Part shown: piece after piece, positions 35,404 to 44,625 of the stretch
Position numbering within the stretch: the stretch's first letter is position 1
Layout: every line of letters starts with the position of its first letter
DNA from: an uncultured Acidobacteriota bacterium
GTDB taxonomy: Bacteria > Acidobacteriota > Thermoanaerobaculia > Multivoradales > UBA5704
DNA: 64,000 nt
Direction: 5' to 3'
Assembly (NCBI GenBank): GCA_963770895.1
Contig: CAVYRF010000002.1
Coordinates: 1,120,001 to 1,184,000, forward strand
Made by a program: the position numbers and the translations under genes
The notes under the pieces: model-generated
The model's input: the letters and a program-made list of their open reading frames with translations, nothing else
Databases searched by the model: none
What the model was told of the DNA's origin: nothing

Positions 35404-36585
35404 CTAGTTTATGCGCTCGATCACCATTGCGGTAGCCTCGCCGCCGCCGATGCAAATGGCAGCGCAGCCGTAGCGGCCGCCGGTGTCGCGCAAGGCGTGC
35501 AGCAAGGTGACCAGAATGCGCGCGCCCGAAGCGCCGATCGGGTGGCCCAGGGCCACCGCGCCGCCATGGATGTTGACCCGCTCCGGCGCCAGCTCCAGGT
35601 CGCGGATGAAGGCCATGGCGACGACGGCAAAGGCCTCGTTGACCTCCCAGAGGTCGATGTCCGCCGCCTGGAGGCCCGCCCGGCCGAGCACCGCGCGGGC
35701 GGCGCCCAGCGGAGCGGTGGTGAACCATTCGGGCTGCTGCGCCAGCGAGGCGTGGGCGACGATGCGGGCGAGCGGCTTGAGGCCCAGGGCCGCGGCGTGG
35801 GAGGCGGTGGTCAGCACCAGGGCCGCGGCGCCGTCGTTGATCTTGCTGGCGTTGGCGGCGGTCACCGTGCCGTCTTTCTGAAAGGCCGGCTTGAGCGACG
35901 CCATGCGGCTCAGATCCACCTTGAACGGCTCCTCGTCGCGGGCCACCGCCACCGAATCGCCCTTTTTCTGCGGCACCGGCACCGGCACGATCTCGGCGGC
36001 GAAGCTGCCGCCGTCGACGGCGGCGCGGGCGCGGGCGTAGCTGGCCAGCGCGAACTCATCCTGCTGCTCGCGCGAGAATTTGTATTCGCCGGCGCAGAGC
36101 TCGGCGCAGCTGCCCATATGGATATCTTTGTACGGGTCCCACAGCCCGTCCAGGATCATCGAATCCAGGAACTTGCCGTGCCCCAGGCGCAGGCCGTCGC
36201 GCACCCCGGCGGCCAGGTAGGGCGTCTGGCTCATGCTCTCCATGCCGCCGGCGGCGACCAGCTTGAAGTCGCCGCAGCGCAGATCGTTGGCGGCGATCAT
36301 CACCGCCCGCATGCCCGAGCCGCAGACCTTGTTGAGCGTGATGGCGCCGGTCGCCACCGGACAGCCGGCGCCCAGCGCCGCCTGGCGCGCCGGCGCCTGG
36401 CCCTGGCCGGCGGTGAGCACGCAACCCATGTTGACCTGCTCCACGGCCGCGGCATCCACCCCGGCGCGCTCGATGGCGGCGGCCAGGGCCCGCGCCCCCA
36501 GGGCATGAGCCGGGAGAGACGCCAGCGACCCCTGAAACACGCCGATCGGGGTGCGCACCGCGCTCACGATCACTACATCGTCCAT
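35404..36585 (-). CDS. Acetyl-CoA C-acyltransferase (thiolase)
   Basis: VSAVRTPIG, NKVCGSG, GGMESMS, NEAFA, GHPIGASG, CIGGG. Confidence 0.95.
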   Translation of the reverse strand: MDDVVIVSAVRTPIGVFQGSLASLPAHALGARALAAAIERAGVDAAAVEQVNMGCVLTAGQGQAPARQAALGAGCPVATGAITLNKVCGSGMRAVMIAANDLRCGDFKLVAAGGMESMSQTPYLAAGVRDGLRLGHGKFLDSMILDGLWDPYKDIHMGSCAELCAGEYKFSREQQDEFALASYARARAAVDGGSFAAEIVPVPVPQKKGDSVAVARDEEPFKVDLSRMASLKPAFQKDGTVTAANASKINDGAAALVLTTASHAAALGLKPLARIVAHASLAQQPEWFTTAPLGAARAVLGRAGLQAADIDLWEVNEAFAVVAMAFIRDLELAPERVNIHGGAVALGHPIGASGARILVTLLHALRDTGGRYGCAAICIGGGEATAMVIERIN

Positions 36586-36730
36586 ACCATCTCCTTGGGG
36601 AGCCGTGTGCCGCGCCGCCATGCAGAATGGACCCGGCGGGCGGGCTGGCATGCTAACACAACGATGGGGCGCCCTCAGCCCCCGCCGGGGACGTCGCGCG
36701 AGCGGCAGAAAGTGCGGCAGAATGCGGCCG

Positions 36731-37315
36731 ATGAGCCACGCTGAAGAACCGCTCGCCGAAGGGACCGCAGAAGGGCTCGCGCGGGCGTTGGGGATCGACT
36801 TCGGCGAGAAGCGCATCGGCCTCGCCATCTCCGATCCCGACGGGCGCCTGGCGGTGCCGCTCGCGACCCTGACGCGGCGCAGCGACCGCGCCGCGGCGGC
36901 GGCGATCGCTCAGCTTGCCCGCAGCGAAGGCGTGCGGCGGCTGGTCCTGGGCGAACCGCTCTCGGCAGACGGCGTGCGCGGCCCCGCCGCCCAGCGCGTC
37001 CGCCGTTTCGGCGCCCGCCTGGCCGCCGCGGCCGGGCTGCCGCTCACCTACGTGGATGAGACCTTGACCAGCGTCGAAGCCGCCGCGCGCCTGCGCGCCG
37101 CCGGCGTCGATCTGCGCCGCCAGCCCGAACGCATCGACGCCGCCGCGGCGCAAATCCTGCTGCAGGAAGACCTCGACCGCGCCGCGGCCGCGCCACGCAC
37201 GGCGGCTACGCCGGCGGTCGCGCCGGACACTGTGGCAGCCGTGGGAACCGCACCGGGCACCGCGGCAATGCCGCCGGCCGCGCCGGGCGACGGCGAAGGC
37301 GGCGCGGCGGACTGA
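36731..37315 (+). CDS. ruvX: Holliday junction resolvase-like / pre-16S rRNA nuclease YqgF
   Basis: LGIDFGEKRIGLAISD, VDETLTS.EA, IDAAAAQILLQ. Confidence 0.92.
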   Translation: MSHAEEPLAEGTAEGLARALGIDFGEKRIGLAISDPDGRLAVPLATLTRRSDRAAAAAIAQLARSEGVRRLVLGEPLSADGVRGPAAQRVRRFGARLAAAAGLPLTYVDETLTSVEAAARLRAAGVDLRRQPERIDAAAAQILLQEDLDRAAAAPRTAATPAVAPDTVAAVGTAPGTAAMPPAAPGDGEGGAAD

Positions 37316-37317
37316 CC

Positions 37318-38544
37318 ATGGCCGGCCGAAGCGATCGCCAGACCGCGGCCCGTACCGGAAGCCGAGCCGGGAGCGCCGCACCGCCGCCGAAGCCGCCGGC
37401 GGCGCCCGGGCGCGAGCCGCGGCGGCGCGGCAGCAGCCGCGGGGCGCGCCGCCGGCGGTTTGGCTGCGCCGTCACGGTGCTGCTGCTGCTGGCCGCCGCC
37501 GGCGCGGTCGCCGGCGGGTGGTGGCTGCTGCAGCCGTACCAGGGCTACCAGGGCGCCGAAAAGCTGGTCGACATCGCGCCCGGCACCGGCGCCGCGCGCA
37601 TCCTGGCGCAGCTGCAGGACCAGGGGGTGCTGTGGAACGCCACGGCCGCCCGCGCCTACCTGGTCTACGTGCTGAAGAACCCGCCGCTGCAAGCCGGCGA
37701 ATACCGCTTCGCCGGGCCGGCCGCCTTCCCGGAGGTGCTGCGCAAGCTGATCCGCGGCGACGTGATCTCGCTCTCGGTCACCGTCGTCGAGGGCTTCAGC
37801 CTGGAGGAGATCGCGGACCAGCTGGTGCGGGCCGGCGCCGGGCGGCGCGAAGTCTTTCTGGCCGAGATGCGCAAGCCGGCGGCGATCGCCGACCTGGACC
37901 CCGCCGCCAGGGACCTGGAAGGCTATCTGTTCCCCGAAACCTATCGTTTCCACCTGGGCGCCCACGAATCCGAGATCGTCGCCACCCTGGTCAAGACCTT
38001 CCGCACCCGTTTCGAGCGCAACGTGCGGCCGCTGATGGCCGGCCACACCGCCTCGGTGCGTGAAGTGGTGACCCTGGCCAGCATCGTCGAAAAAGAAGCG
38101 CGGGCCCCCGGCGAGCGCCCGGTCATCGCCGGCGTCTACCAGAACCGCCTGACGCGGCGCATGGGCCTGGACGCCGATCCGACGGTGATCTACGCCCTGC
38201 GCAGCCTCGGCCGCTGGGACGGCACCATCCATCACGACGACCTGCGCGTCGATTCGCCCTACAACACCTACCGCTTTGCCGGCCTGCCGCCGGGGCCGAT
38301 CTGCTCGCCCGGCCTGCCCAGCCTGGAGGCGGCTGCAAACCCGGCCAACGTCCCCTATCTGTACTTCGTCAGCCGCAACGACGGCACCCACGTCTTCGCC
38401 ACCTCGCTGGCAGAGCAGAACCGCAACGTCGAGATCTGGCAGCGCCGCTACTGGCGGGAGCGGCGTCAGCAGCAGCGCGAAGCCGCCGGCGCAGCCGGTG
38501 CCCCCAGCACGGCACCGCCGCCGGGGCGCTTCAACCGTCGATAG
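37318..38544 (+). CDS. mltG: Endolytic transglycosylase MltG
   Basis: TM anchor, LQAGEY, LEGYLFPETY, LASIVEKE, DPTVIY, SPYNTY..GLPPGPI, YLYFV. Confidence 0.95.
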   Translation: MAGRSDRQTAARTGSRAGSAAPPPKPPAAPGREPRRRGSSRGARRRRFGCAVTVLLLLAAAGAVAGGWWLLQPYQGYQGAEKLVDIAPGTGAARILAQLQDQGVLWNATAARAYLVYVLKNPPLQAGEYRFAGPAAFPEVLRKLIRGDVISLSVTVVEGFSLEEIADQLVRAGAGRREVFLAEMRKPAAIADLDPAARDLEGYLFPETYRFHLGAHESEIVATLVKTFRTRFERNVRPLMAGHTASVREVVTLASIVEKEARAPGERPVIAGVYQNRLTRRMGLDADPTVIYALRSLGRWDGTIHHDDLRVDSPYNTYRFAGLPPGPICSPGLPSLEAAANPANVPYLYFVSRNDGTHVFATSLAEQNRNVEIWQRRYWRERRQQQREAAGAAGAPSTAPPPGRFNRR

Positions 38545-39835
38545 CGTTCGCCAGCCGCCACAACGACACCCGGTTGTTGCCCGAATCGGCCACCGCCAGA
38601 ACGCCGTCGCGCGCTGCCACCGCGTAGGGCCAGCACAGGCTGTCGCGCACCGCCGGCGCCCAGCGGTTCTCCCCTTTGGCGGAAAAGTCCTGCTGGCCGG
38701 CCAGCGCTTGGGCGGCCGCTCCGTCGCAGACACCACTTTGGACCGCCGGTCCGCCGCCGGCGCCCCCTTCCGCGGAAGCGGCCAGGCTGGCGGTGCGCCA
38801 GGCGGACAGGCGGGAGTTGCCGGTGTCGGCGACGACCAGCCAGTCGCCCGCGGCGGCGATCCCATACGGCATGTTGAGGGTGGACGCATCGGGCCAGACG
38901 CGGCCGCGGTTGTGGTCCAGCCCGGCGCAGTCCGCCTGGCCCAGAATCAGGTCCGGCGGCGAGGCGCTGCTACCGGGCCAGCGGTGCCACAGCAGGATGC
39001 GGCTGTTGCCGGCATCGGCGACCTGCAGGCCGCCGCCGGCGCCGGCCGCGGCGTGGGGCCAGCGCATGGCGAGCGGCCCGACGGCGCCGCCGGCATTCTC
39101 GTCCCGGCGCTGGAAGTCCGGCTGCCCCAGGACCAGGTCCGCCGGGCACCCGTTGGCGACCGGCACGCGGTCCCACACCAGCAGCCGCCGGTTGCCGGTG
39201 TCTGCGACCACCAGCCGCCCACCGGCAAGGGTCACGCCGTAGCACCAATTGAGCGTCTCGGCGCCGGCCGTGGAGCGGCCGCGATTGGCGGCGCCGCCGG
39301 TGAAGTCGGCCTGCCCCAGAACCACGTCCGCCGGGGTGTTCGAGCGCTCCGGCAGACCATGCCAGATGAGCACGCGGTGGTTCCACGCATCCGCCACCAC
39401 CAGCAGGTCGCGCTCGATCGCCACGCTGGTGGGCATGTACAGGCTGGCCGGTCCGGGCGGCCCCTTGGCATTGGCGCCCTCGCTGGCAAAATCAGGCTGG
39501 CCGATCACCAGGTCGGCCGGCGCCTGGTCGCGGTCCGGCACGGCGCGCCACAGCAGCAGCCTGTGATGGCCCGTATCGCACACCGCGAGCGGCCCCAGCC
39601 CCGGCCCCAAGGCCACACCGCGCGGACCAAACAGCGTGTCGGCCCGCACCGCCAGCGGCACGACGCCGCCACCGGCCGCCGCATCGACCCCAGCCGCGGT
39701 GCCGGCGCCGGCGGAGCCATCGGAGCCGCCGCCCACCAGCCGGAAAGGCCCCCCCGGATCCAGGAAACCTGCCGCGGCCGGCGCCGGACCGGGGTCGGCG
39801 CCACGCGGCTGCCGCAGCGAAACCTTCATTTGCAA
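38531..39835 (-). CDS. NHL-repeat beta-propeller protein (hydrogenase accessory)
   Basis: Repeated VADTGNxR.L.W / ADLVLGQ.DF units; last gene of the hydrogenase accessory operon. Confidence 0.85.
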   Translation of the reverse strand: MQMKVSLRQPRGADPGPAPAAAGFLDPGGPFRLVGGGSDGSAGAGTAAGVDAAAGGGVVPLAVRADTLFGPRGVALGPGLGPLAVCDTGHHRLLLWRAVPDRDQAPADLVIGQPDFASEGANAKGPPGPASLYMPTSVAIERDLLVVADAWNHRVLIWHGLPERSNTPADVVLGQADFTGGAANRGRSTAGAETLNWCYGVTLAGGRLVVADTGNRRLLVWDRVPVANGCPADLVLGQPDFQRRDENAGGAVGPLAMRWPHAAAGAGGGLQVADAGNSRILLWHRWPGSSASPPDLILGQADCAGLDHNRGRVWPDASTLNMPYGIAAAGDWLVVADTGNSRLSAWRTASLAASAEGGAGGGPAVQSGVCDGAAAQALAGQQDFSAKGENRWAPAVRDSLCWPYAVAARDGVLAVADSGNNRVSLWRLANAIDG

Positions 39836-39866
39836 CCTGCCAGGCGACAGCCCCGGCGGCCGGCCA

Positions 39867-40799
39867 TCATCGGCTGAGCCGGATCTCTACCCGGTCGTCG
39901 ACCAGGCGCACGGCGTGCTGCTCGAGCTGCACCTTGGGTGCGGTGAGGCACTCTCCGGACGCCAGCAGGTATTGAAAACCATGATGGAGGCAGGTGATCA
40001 CGCCGTCCGCGATCTCCCCGTCGTCGATCGGCAGGCCGAGATGGGCGCAGGCGTTGGTGAAGCAGGAGATGGCCTCCGCGGTGCGCGACAGCAGCAGGTC
40101 CCGCCCGCCGATCTCTCGCCGCAGCACGCCGCCCAGCGGGATCTCCGCGAGGCTGGCGGCCGGCAGCCAGCCCGCCTGGACGCCCGGGGCGTCGGCGCCC
40201 AGAGCGAAGGGGCTGCGGAAGTGCACCTTGCCCCGCTCCGCGGCCGGCGACGCTGCCGCGTCCGGTTGCGCCGCCGGCGCGGCGGCCAGGCCGCGCACTT
40301 CGACGACGCGCTGGATCTCGGGACAGGCGTCCTGGATGGCGCGCTTGACGCCGGCGACGAAGGTCAATTGCGAGGCGGCGCAGCCGTCGCAGGCGCCGGT
40401 GAAGCGCACCTCCACCGTACTGGGCGGCACCAGGCGCACCAGCTCGACGTCGCCGCCGTGGGACGCGAGCATCGGCCGCACGGATTGCAGCGCCGTGTCG
40501 ACTTTTTCCTGCAGGCTGGGCTTGACCAGGCCGAGGTGGCGGAGCACGCCGTAGACCACCTCATCGCCAAGCGCGTCCTTGAGCAAGGCCACCGCGCCGG
40601 CGTCCTGCTTGAGCCCCGCGATCAGCCGCCGGATGGCCTCGCGGTGCAGATCTTCGAGGGCGGTGCGGTAGGCCCGCGTGGCACCCTGGCGATCCGTATC
40701 CCAGGTTGCGAACAGCACTTCCAGCGCCTCGACGTCGCGCACCAGGCTGGCGAGCGTCGGCGCGGGTTGGGCGGGAAGCGGTGCGGCGGTCATACCCAA
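39867..40799 (-). CDS. NifU-like + Rieske [2Fe-2S] protein (HucE-like)
   Basis: VRPMLASHGGDVEL...GACDGC (NifU CxxC); NACAHLG...CLHHGFQY (Rieske CxH/CxxH). Confidence 0.88.
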   Translation of the reverse strand: MGMTAAPLPAQPAPTLASLVRDVEALEVLFATWDTDRQGATRAYRTALEDLHREAIRRLIAGLKQDAGAVALLKDALGDEVVYGVLRHLGLVKPSLQEKVDTALQSVRPMLASHGGDVELVRLVPPSTVEVRFTGACDGCAASQLTFVAGVKRAIQDACPEIQRVVEVRGLAAAPAAQPDAAASPAAERGKVHFRSPFALGADAPGVQAGWLPAASLAEIPLGGVLRREIGGRDLLLSRTAEAISCFTNACAHLGLPIDDGEIADGVITCLHHGFQYLLASGECLTAPKVQLEQHAVRLVDDRVEIRLSR

Positions 40800-40803
40800 A
40801 AAC

Positions 40804-41028
40804 CTAGCGGTATTTCAGATCCTTGAACAGGAAGGGTTGCAGCGCACCGCCGGCGACGCCCGCCAGACCGGCGGCCAGCGGGATCGGCAACCCGGCCCAT
40901 ACCAGCCCCAGCGCGATCACGGCGGCGACCGCCGCCCCCAGCGCGCTCTGCCGCGCCACGGCGCCGGGGTCCTGGAACAGCTTGCCGGCGAAGAACAGCC
41001 GGACCGAAGCGACCACCATTTCCCACAT
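40804..41028 (-). CDS. Small membrane protein of group 2a hydrogenase clusters
   Basis: MWEMVVASVRLFFAGKLFQD...GGALQPFLFKDLKYR; 2 TM segments; tightly coupled to its neighbours. Confidence 0.75.
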   Translation of the reverse strand: MWEMVVASVRLFFAGKLFQDPGAVARQSALGAAVAAVIALGLVWAGLPIPLAAGLAGVAGGALQPFLFKDLKYR

Positions 41029-41030
41029 CG

Positions 41031-41240
41031 CTAGCCTTTCACGACCGCCCACAAGGCGAGCGCGCCAAGCGCCGCCAGCGCTCCCACGAAGCCGCCGATG
41101 GGGCCGAAAAAGGCGCCCATCGTCGCCGCCAGACCGCCGCCCAGCGCCTTGCGCCCCACCAGCAGGCCGCCCAGCGCGCCGCCGGCAAACGAGCCCACCA
41201 GCGCGCACAGGGCGGCGAGCAACGCCTGTCCCCACGTCAT
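41031..41240 (-). CDS. Small Gly-rich membrane protein of group 2a hydrogenase clusters
   Basis: MTWGQALL...FAGGALGGLLVG..ALG..LA..MGAFFGP; ATGA overlap with the TPR gene. Confidence 0.7.
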   Translation of the reverse strand: MTWGQALLAALCALVGSFAGGALGGLLVGRKALGGGLAATMGAFFGPIGGFVGALAALGALALWAVVKG

Positions 41241-42256
41241 GCGTCCGCCTCCTGAACGGTGACAGCCGGGGGCTGGGCGCTCAGCTCCGCGGCAACGGCG
41301 GCCAGCACTTCGCGCACCGACTGTGCCTTGGCCGTTTCGCCGTGCTGGTCGAAGATGGCCACCGCTTCGCCGAACAGCTCCTGCGCCCGCAGCAGGTTGG
41401 CGCGGCAGCCCGCATTGGGATCTTCCAGGTCGTCCGGCAGCCCCCACAGGCAGTTGGCCTGGTTGGCGACGGTGTTGGCGTACTCCAGCGGCATGTCGCG
41501 GCGGGTGCGCACGCGCAGGGCTTCGTCGTATGCGGCAAGAGCCCGCACACGGTTTTCCAGCGCGTGGGCGGAGCCCACCGATTGCAGGGCATTGCCCAGG
41601 TTGTTTTGCAACATGGCGTATTCGGCGGGATGATCGATCAGATTGATGCCGCGCAGACCTTCCTCGAACGAGCTGACCGCCAGGGCCTCGCTCATCTTGG
41701 AACCGCTGCCGCCGGGCGCGACCGCGAGAAACGCGGTGGCGAGGTTGTTGTGCAGGATGGCATATTCGCGCGGGAACCGCTGGCGATCGAACACGCGCAG
41801 CGCCTGCTGGTAGGCGGCGATCGCATCCTGCAGCCTGGCGCGGCCGACGCCGGCCAGGGCCTGCAGCACCAGGCCGCGGTTCATTTCAAGCTCGGCGGTC
41901 TCTTCGGGTGCGCCCAGCGCCGCGAGCACCGGCGACGCTTCGACCAGCGCCGCGAGCGCGGATTCCAGCGGCGCGCTGCCGCCCTCGGGCAGCGTGCGCA
42001 GGGCGGTTGCCATGCGCGCCAGCGTGCGCGCGCGCAGCAACGGCTGGGTGTCCGGGCAGATGGCCAGCGCCTGGCGGTACAGCGCCACCGCCCCCTCGAT
42101 CTGCGCCGCGGTGCGCGGCCGCTTCTGCACGCCCATGGCGATCTCGACCAGCATCTCGGTCTTTTCAACCGCCGTGGCGGCCGAGCTTTCGACCGTGGCC
42201 AACGCCACTTCCACTTCGGTTTCGAAGCGGTCTTCGGTTGCGCGCGGAATCAACAC
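41237..42256 (-). CDS. TPR-like hydrogenase accessory protein
   Basis: Helical repeats EYAILHNNLATA, EYAMLQNNLGNAL, EYANTVANQAN. Confidence 0.8.
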   Translation of the reverse strand: MLIPRATEDRFETEVEVALATVESSAATAVEKTEMLVEIAMGVQKRPRTAAQIEGAVALYRQALAICPDTQPLLRARTLARMATALRTLPEGGSAPLESALAALVEASPVLAALGAPEETAELEMNRGLVLQALAGVGRARLQDAIAAYQQALRVFDRQRFPREYAILHNNLATAFLAVAPGGSGSKMSEALAVSSFEEGLRGINLIDHPAEYAMLQNNLGNALQSVGSAHALENRVRALAAYDEALRVRTRRDMPLEYANTVANQANCLWGLPDDLEDPNAGCRANLLRAQELFGEAVAIFDQHGETAKAQSVREVLAAVAAELSAQPPAVTVQEADA

Positions 42257-42268
42257 TTTAGCCAGACG

Positions 42269-43165
42269 TTAGCAGAAGAACCGGTCGATCACCAGGGCGG
42301 CGTCGGCGTCGCTCCACCGTGCCCGATAGCTCACCTGCCGGTCGCCGTCGATGCGTTCCGCGTCCACGCCGAGCGAGCGGAACAGCTCGACTCCGGACAC
42401 CACGCGGTCGCCGGCCAGATTGATCACCTTTACCAGCTGTCCGCCGCCGCCGGGCTGCACGGGAAGAATCAGCAGGCTGTCGCCGCGCGGCATCATCAGC
42501 ACGCTGTCGAGCCCAGCAAAATGCCGCTGCCACACCGCGAACGGCAATCGCAAGCTGCCGCGCGCCAGCGTCAACCTGTCGGCGGTGTCAGCAGCGTCGG
42601 CAAGGTTGGCGGCGCCGGCGCTGTCGGCGCTCCCGGCGCTGTCGGCGCGGCCGGTATCGGCGCGGCGGGCGGAGGCATCCACGGCATCGCCGCCTGCCGC
42701 CGCGATCCGCTGGCGGATCAGCTCCACCACCCGGTCCACCGCGCTTTCGACCGCCGCCGACAGGCCGACGCCGAACGAAAGGTCCGCGGCTTCGATCAGA
42801 AAAACGCGCACGTCCCGCGGAAAGTCGTCGCCATACAGGCGGCGTCCCGCGTACAGCGCGTGGTCCCAACGAAAATCGTGCAGATTGAAGCTGGGGTTGG
42901 GGACGGTCTCCAGCTCGGCGCCCGGCACTTCGTGGATGGCGCCGGGTTCGCTGCCGCTGCGGCTGGCGTCAACGATGACCATCGCGCCCGTCGCGCCGGC
43001 GGCGCCCGCGCGCATCAGGACGCCCATGCCATCGGTGCCCGCATCGATCACCGTCGCCCACCGACGCTCGCGCGGCGACAGCGCGGCGTCCAACCGCTGG
43101 GCGACGACCACGCCGGCGCCGTCGTCGCGCCGGTTGAGGTTGCCGCAGCCGATGACCATCAACAC
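42269..43165 (-). CDS. Hydrogenase maturation protease (HupW-like) with extra C-terminal domain
   Basis: VIGCGNLNRRDDGAGV, IDAGTDG, IVDA, LHDFRWDHAL; linker and a ~100-aa C-terminal domain follow. Confidence 0.9.
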   Translation of the reverse strand: MLMVIGCGNLNRRDDGAGVVVAQRLDAALSPRERRWATVIDAGTDGMGVLMRAGAAGATGAMVIVDASRSGSEPGAIHEVPGAELETVPNPSFNLHDFRWDHALYAGRRLYGDDFPRDVRVFLIEAADLSFGVGLSAAVESAVDRVVELIRQRIAAAGGDAVDASARRADTGRADSAGSADSAGAANLADAADTADRLTLARGSLRLPFAVWQRHFAGLDSVLMMPRGDSLLILPVQPGGGGQLVKVINLAGDRVVSGVELFRSLGVDAERIDGDRQVSYRARWSDADAALVIDRFFC

Positions 43166-43235
43166 GACAGGACCCGCTTTCGGCGCGTGTGATCCAATCG
43201 GAGCTCAGCTGCCGACACGCCGCTGCGACAGGCCA

Positions 43236-43556
43236 CTAGACGCGCCAGACGTTGCACGACCAGCCGGGCCGCACCGGCAGCTCGAGCTCGGGCAGCGCGC
43301 ACCACCGCCGGTGAACCTGGTAGTACATGCAGGATTCGCACGCCTGTTCCAGGCCTTCGTGTTCGACCGGGTGATCGGTGAAGCCGGCAATGCGCAGCTT
43401 GGTGGCAAGGGCGCCATCGCTCGCCCGCACCGCCGCCAGCACGGCATGGAAGCGCTGGCTGTCGTCGGCGCGCACCTGCCAATCGGTCTGCAGGTCGCCG
43501 CCCAGGAGCCGCGCGATCTCCTGGCGCAACGCTTCGTTCTGATCGGCCTGGCTCAA
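43236..43556 (-). CDS. Small cytoplasmic HiPIP-like Fe-S protein
   Basis: C-terminal CESCMYY-x6-C-x14-C-x2-W four-Cys motif with aromatic residues as in HiPIPs; no signal peptide. Confidence 0.7.
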   Translation of the reverse strand: MSQADQNEALRQEIARLLGGDLQTDWQVRADDSQRFHAVLAAVRASDGALATKLRIAGFTDHPVEHEGLEQACESCMYYQVHRRWCALPELELPVRPGWSCNVWRV

Positions 43557-43594
43557 AGCAGCCTCCGTCTCCGTGCCCCGGCGTACGACAACGA

Positions 43595-44557
43595 TTACAC
43601 GACGAAGATGTCCTCTTCGGCCCAGGCTGGGGAGGCCGCCTTGGCGGCGGTGGTGAGCTTCAGATAGCCGCTCTTCTCAATGCCGAGCGGCAGGTCGCGC
43701 GGCACGCCGAGCAGGGTCTGGGTCTTGAAGACGGTGCCCGGCGCCAGGTCGAAAAACGGAAATTCGGGCTCCGTGCAGCCGATGCACGGCATGCCGGCGC
43801 GGGTCTTGGACGACTGGCGGTTCCACAGGATGCGATTGCACGGACTGTGCGTCATCGGCCCACGGCAGCCAAGGTCGTAGAACAGGCACCCCTTGCGAGC
43901 GCCAAATTCGGTCGCCGGCACCTTGTAGGCGAAATGCATGTTGCGCGTGCAGCCGGTCTGGGTGAAGCTGGTGAAGAAAGTCCTGGGACGCTGGAATTCG
44001 TCGAGCGTGATCTCATGCCCACGGCCGGTGGCGACGGCCACCAGGATCTGCGTCACCCAGTCTGGATGCGCCGGACACCCCGGCACGTTGATCACCGGCA
44101 GCCCGCTCCTGGCGGTGAAACCCTCGCCCAGGAAGCCGCCGTGACTGCGTTTGAGGAATTGCAGACCCACCGAGTCGGTGGGATTGGGAGAGGTGGCGGG
44201 GATGCCGCCCCAGGTCGCGCAGTCGCCCATCGCCACCACGTATCCGGCAGCGGCGGCAAGGTCCTTCACCCAATCGCGCATCGGGCGGCCGGCAAAACGG
44301 TTCCATTCGCCGGTGCCGTTGGGCGCGTTGACCACCGTGCCTTCGAAGACGAAGATGTCGAGCGGCTTCCTGCCGCTGGCGCAATCTTCCAGCAGCTGAA
44401 TCAGGTTGTCCCCCAGCTCCATGCCGAGCGAGGGGTGCCACAGGATGTTGATGCCGAAATCGGTCACCAGGTCGCACGCCGACGGCTGCTCCGCGTTGAG
44501 GAACGACATCGTATTTCCCGAGCATGCGCCGCCCTGGAGCCATAGCAGATTGGTCAT
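43595..44557 (-). CDS. hupS: [NiFe]-hydrogenase small subunit, group 2a type, copy 1
   Basis: WLQGGACSGN, GDCATWGG, PGCPAHPDW, QTGCTRN, GCLFYDLGCRGP, HSPCNRILWN, MPCIGCTEP; no Tat leader; 320 aa. Confidence 0.93.
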   Translation of the reverse strand: MTNLLWLQGGACSGNTMSFLNAEQPSACDLVTDFGINILWHPSLGMELGDNLIQLLEDCASGRKPLDIFVFEGTVVNAPNGTGEWNRFAGRPMRDWVKDLAAAAGYVVAMGDCATWGGIPATSPNPTDSVGLQFLKRSHGGFLGEGFTARSGLPVINVPGCPAHPDWVTQILVAVATGRGHEITLDEFQRPRTFFTSFTQTGCTRNMHFAYKVPATEFGARKGCLFYDLGCRGPMTHSPCNRILWNRQSSKTRAGMPCIGCTEPEFPFFDLAPGTVFKTQTLLGVPRDLPLGIEKSGYLKLTTAAKAASPAWAEEDIFVV

Positions 44558-44625
44558 ATGCGATTCTCCGGCACCACCGTGCGAACTGCCTTGTTCGTTG
44601 CCTTGCGCTATGATACCCGACATTC

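Noticed and set aside
44558-44625. Sigma54 promoter in the 68-bp divergent spacer
   Set aside because: The GG/GC candidates I checked are spaced 9 or 11 nt, not 10. Only a TATGAT hexamer (44609-44614) without a fitting -35 is visible, which is too weak to call.
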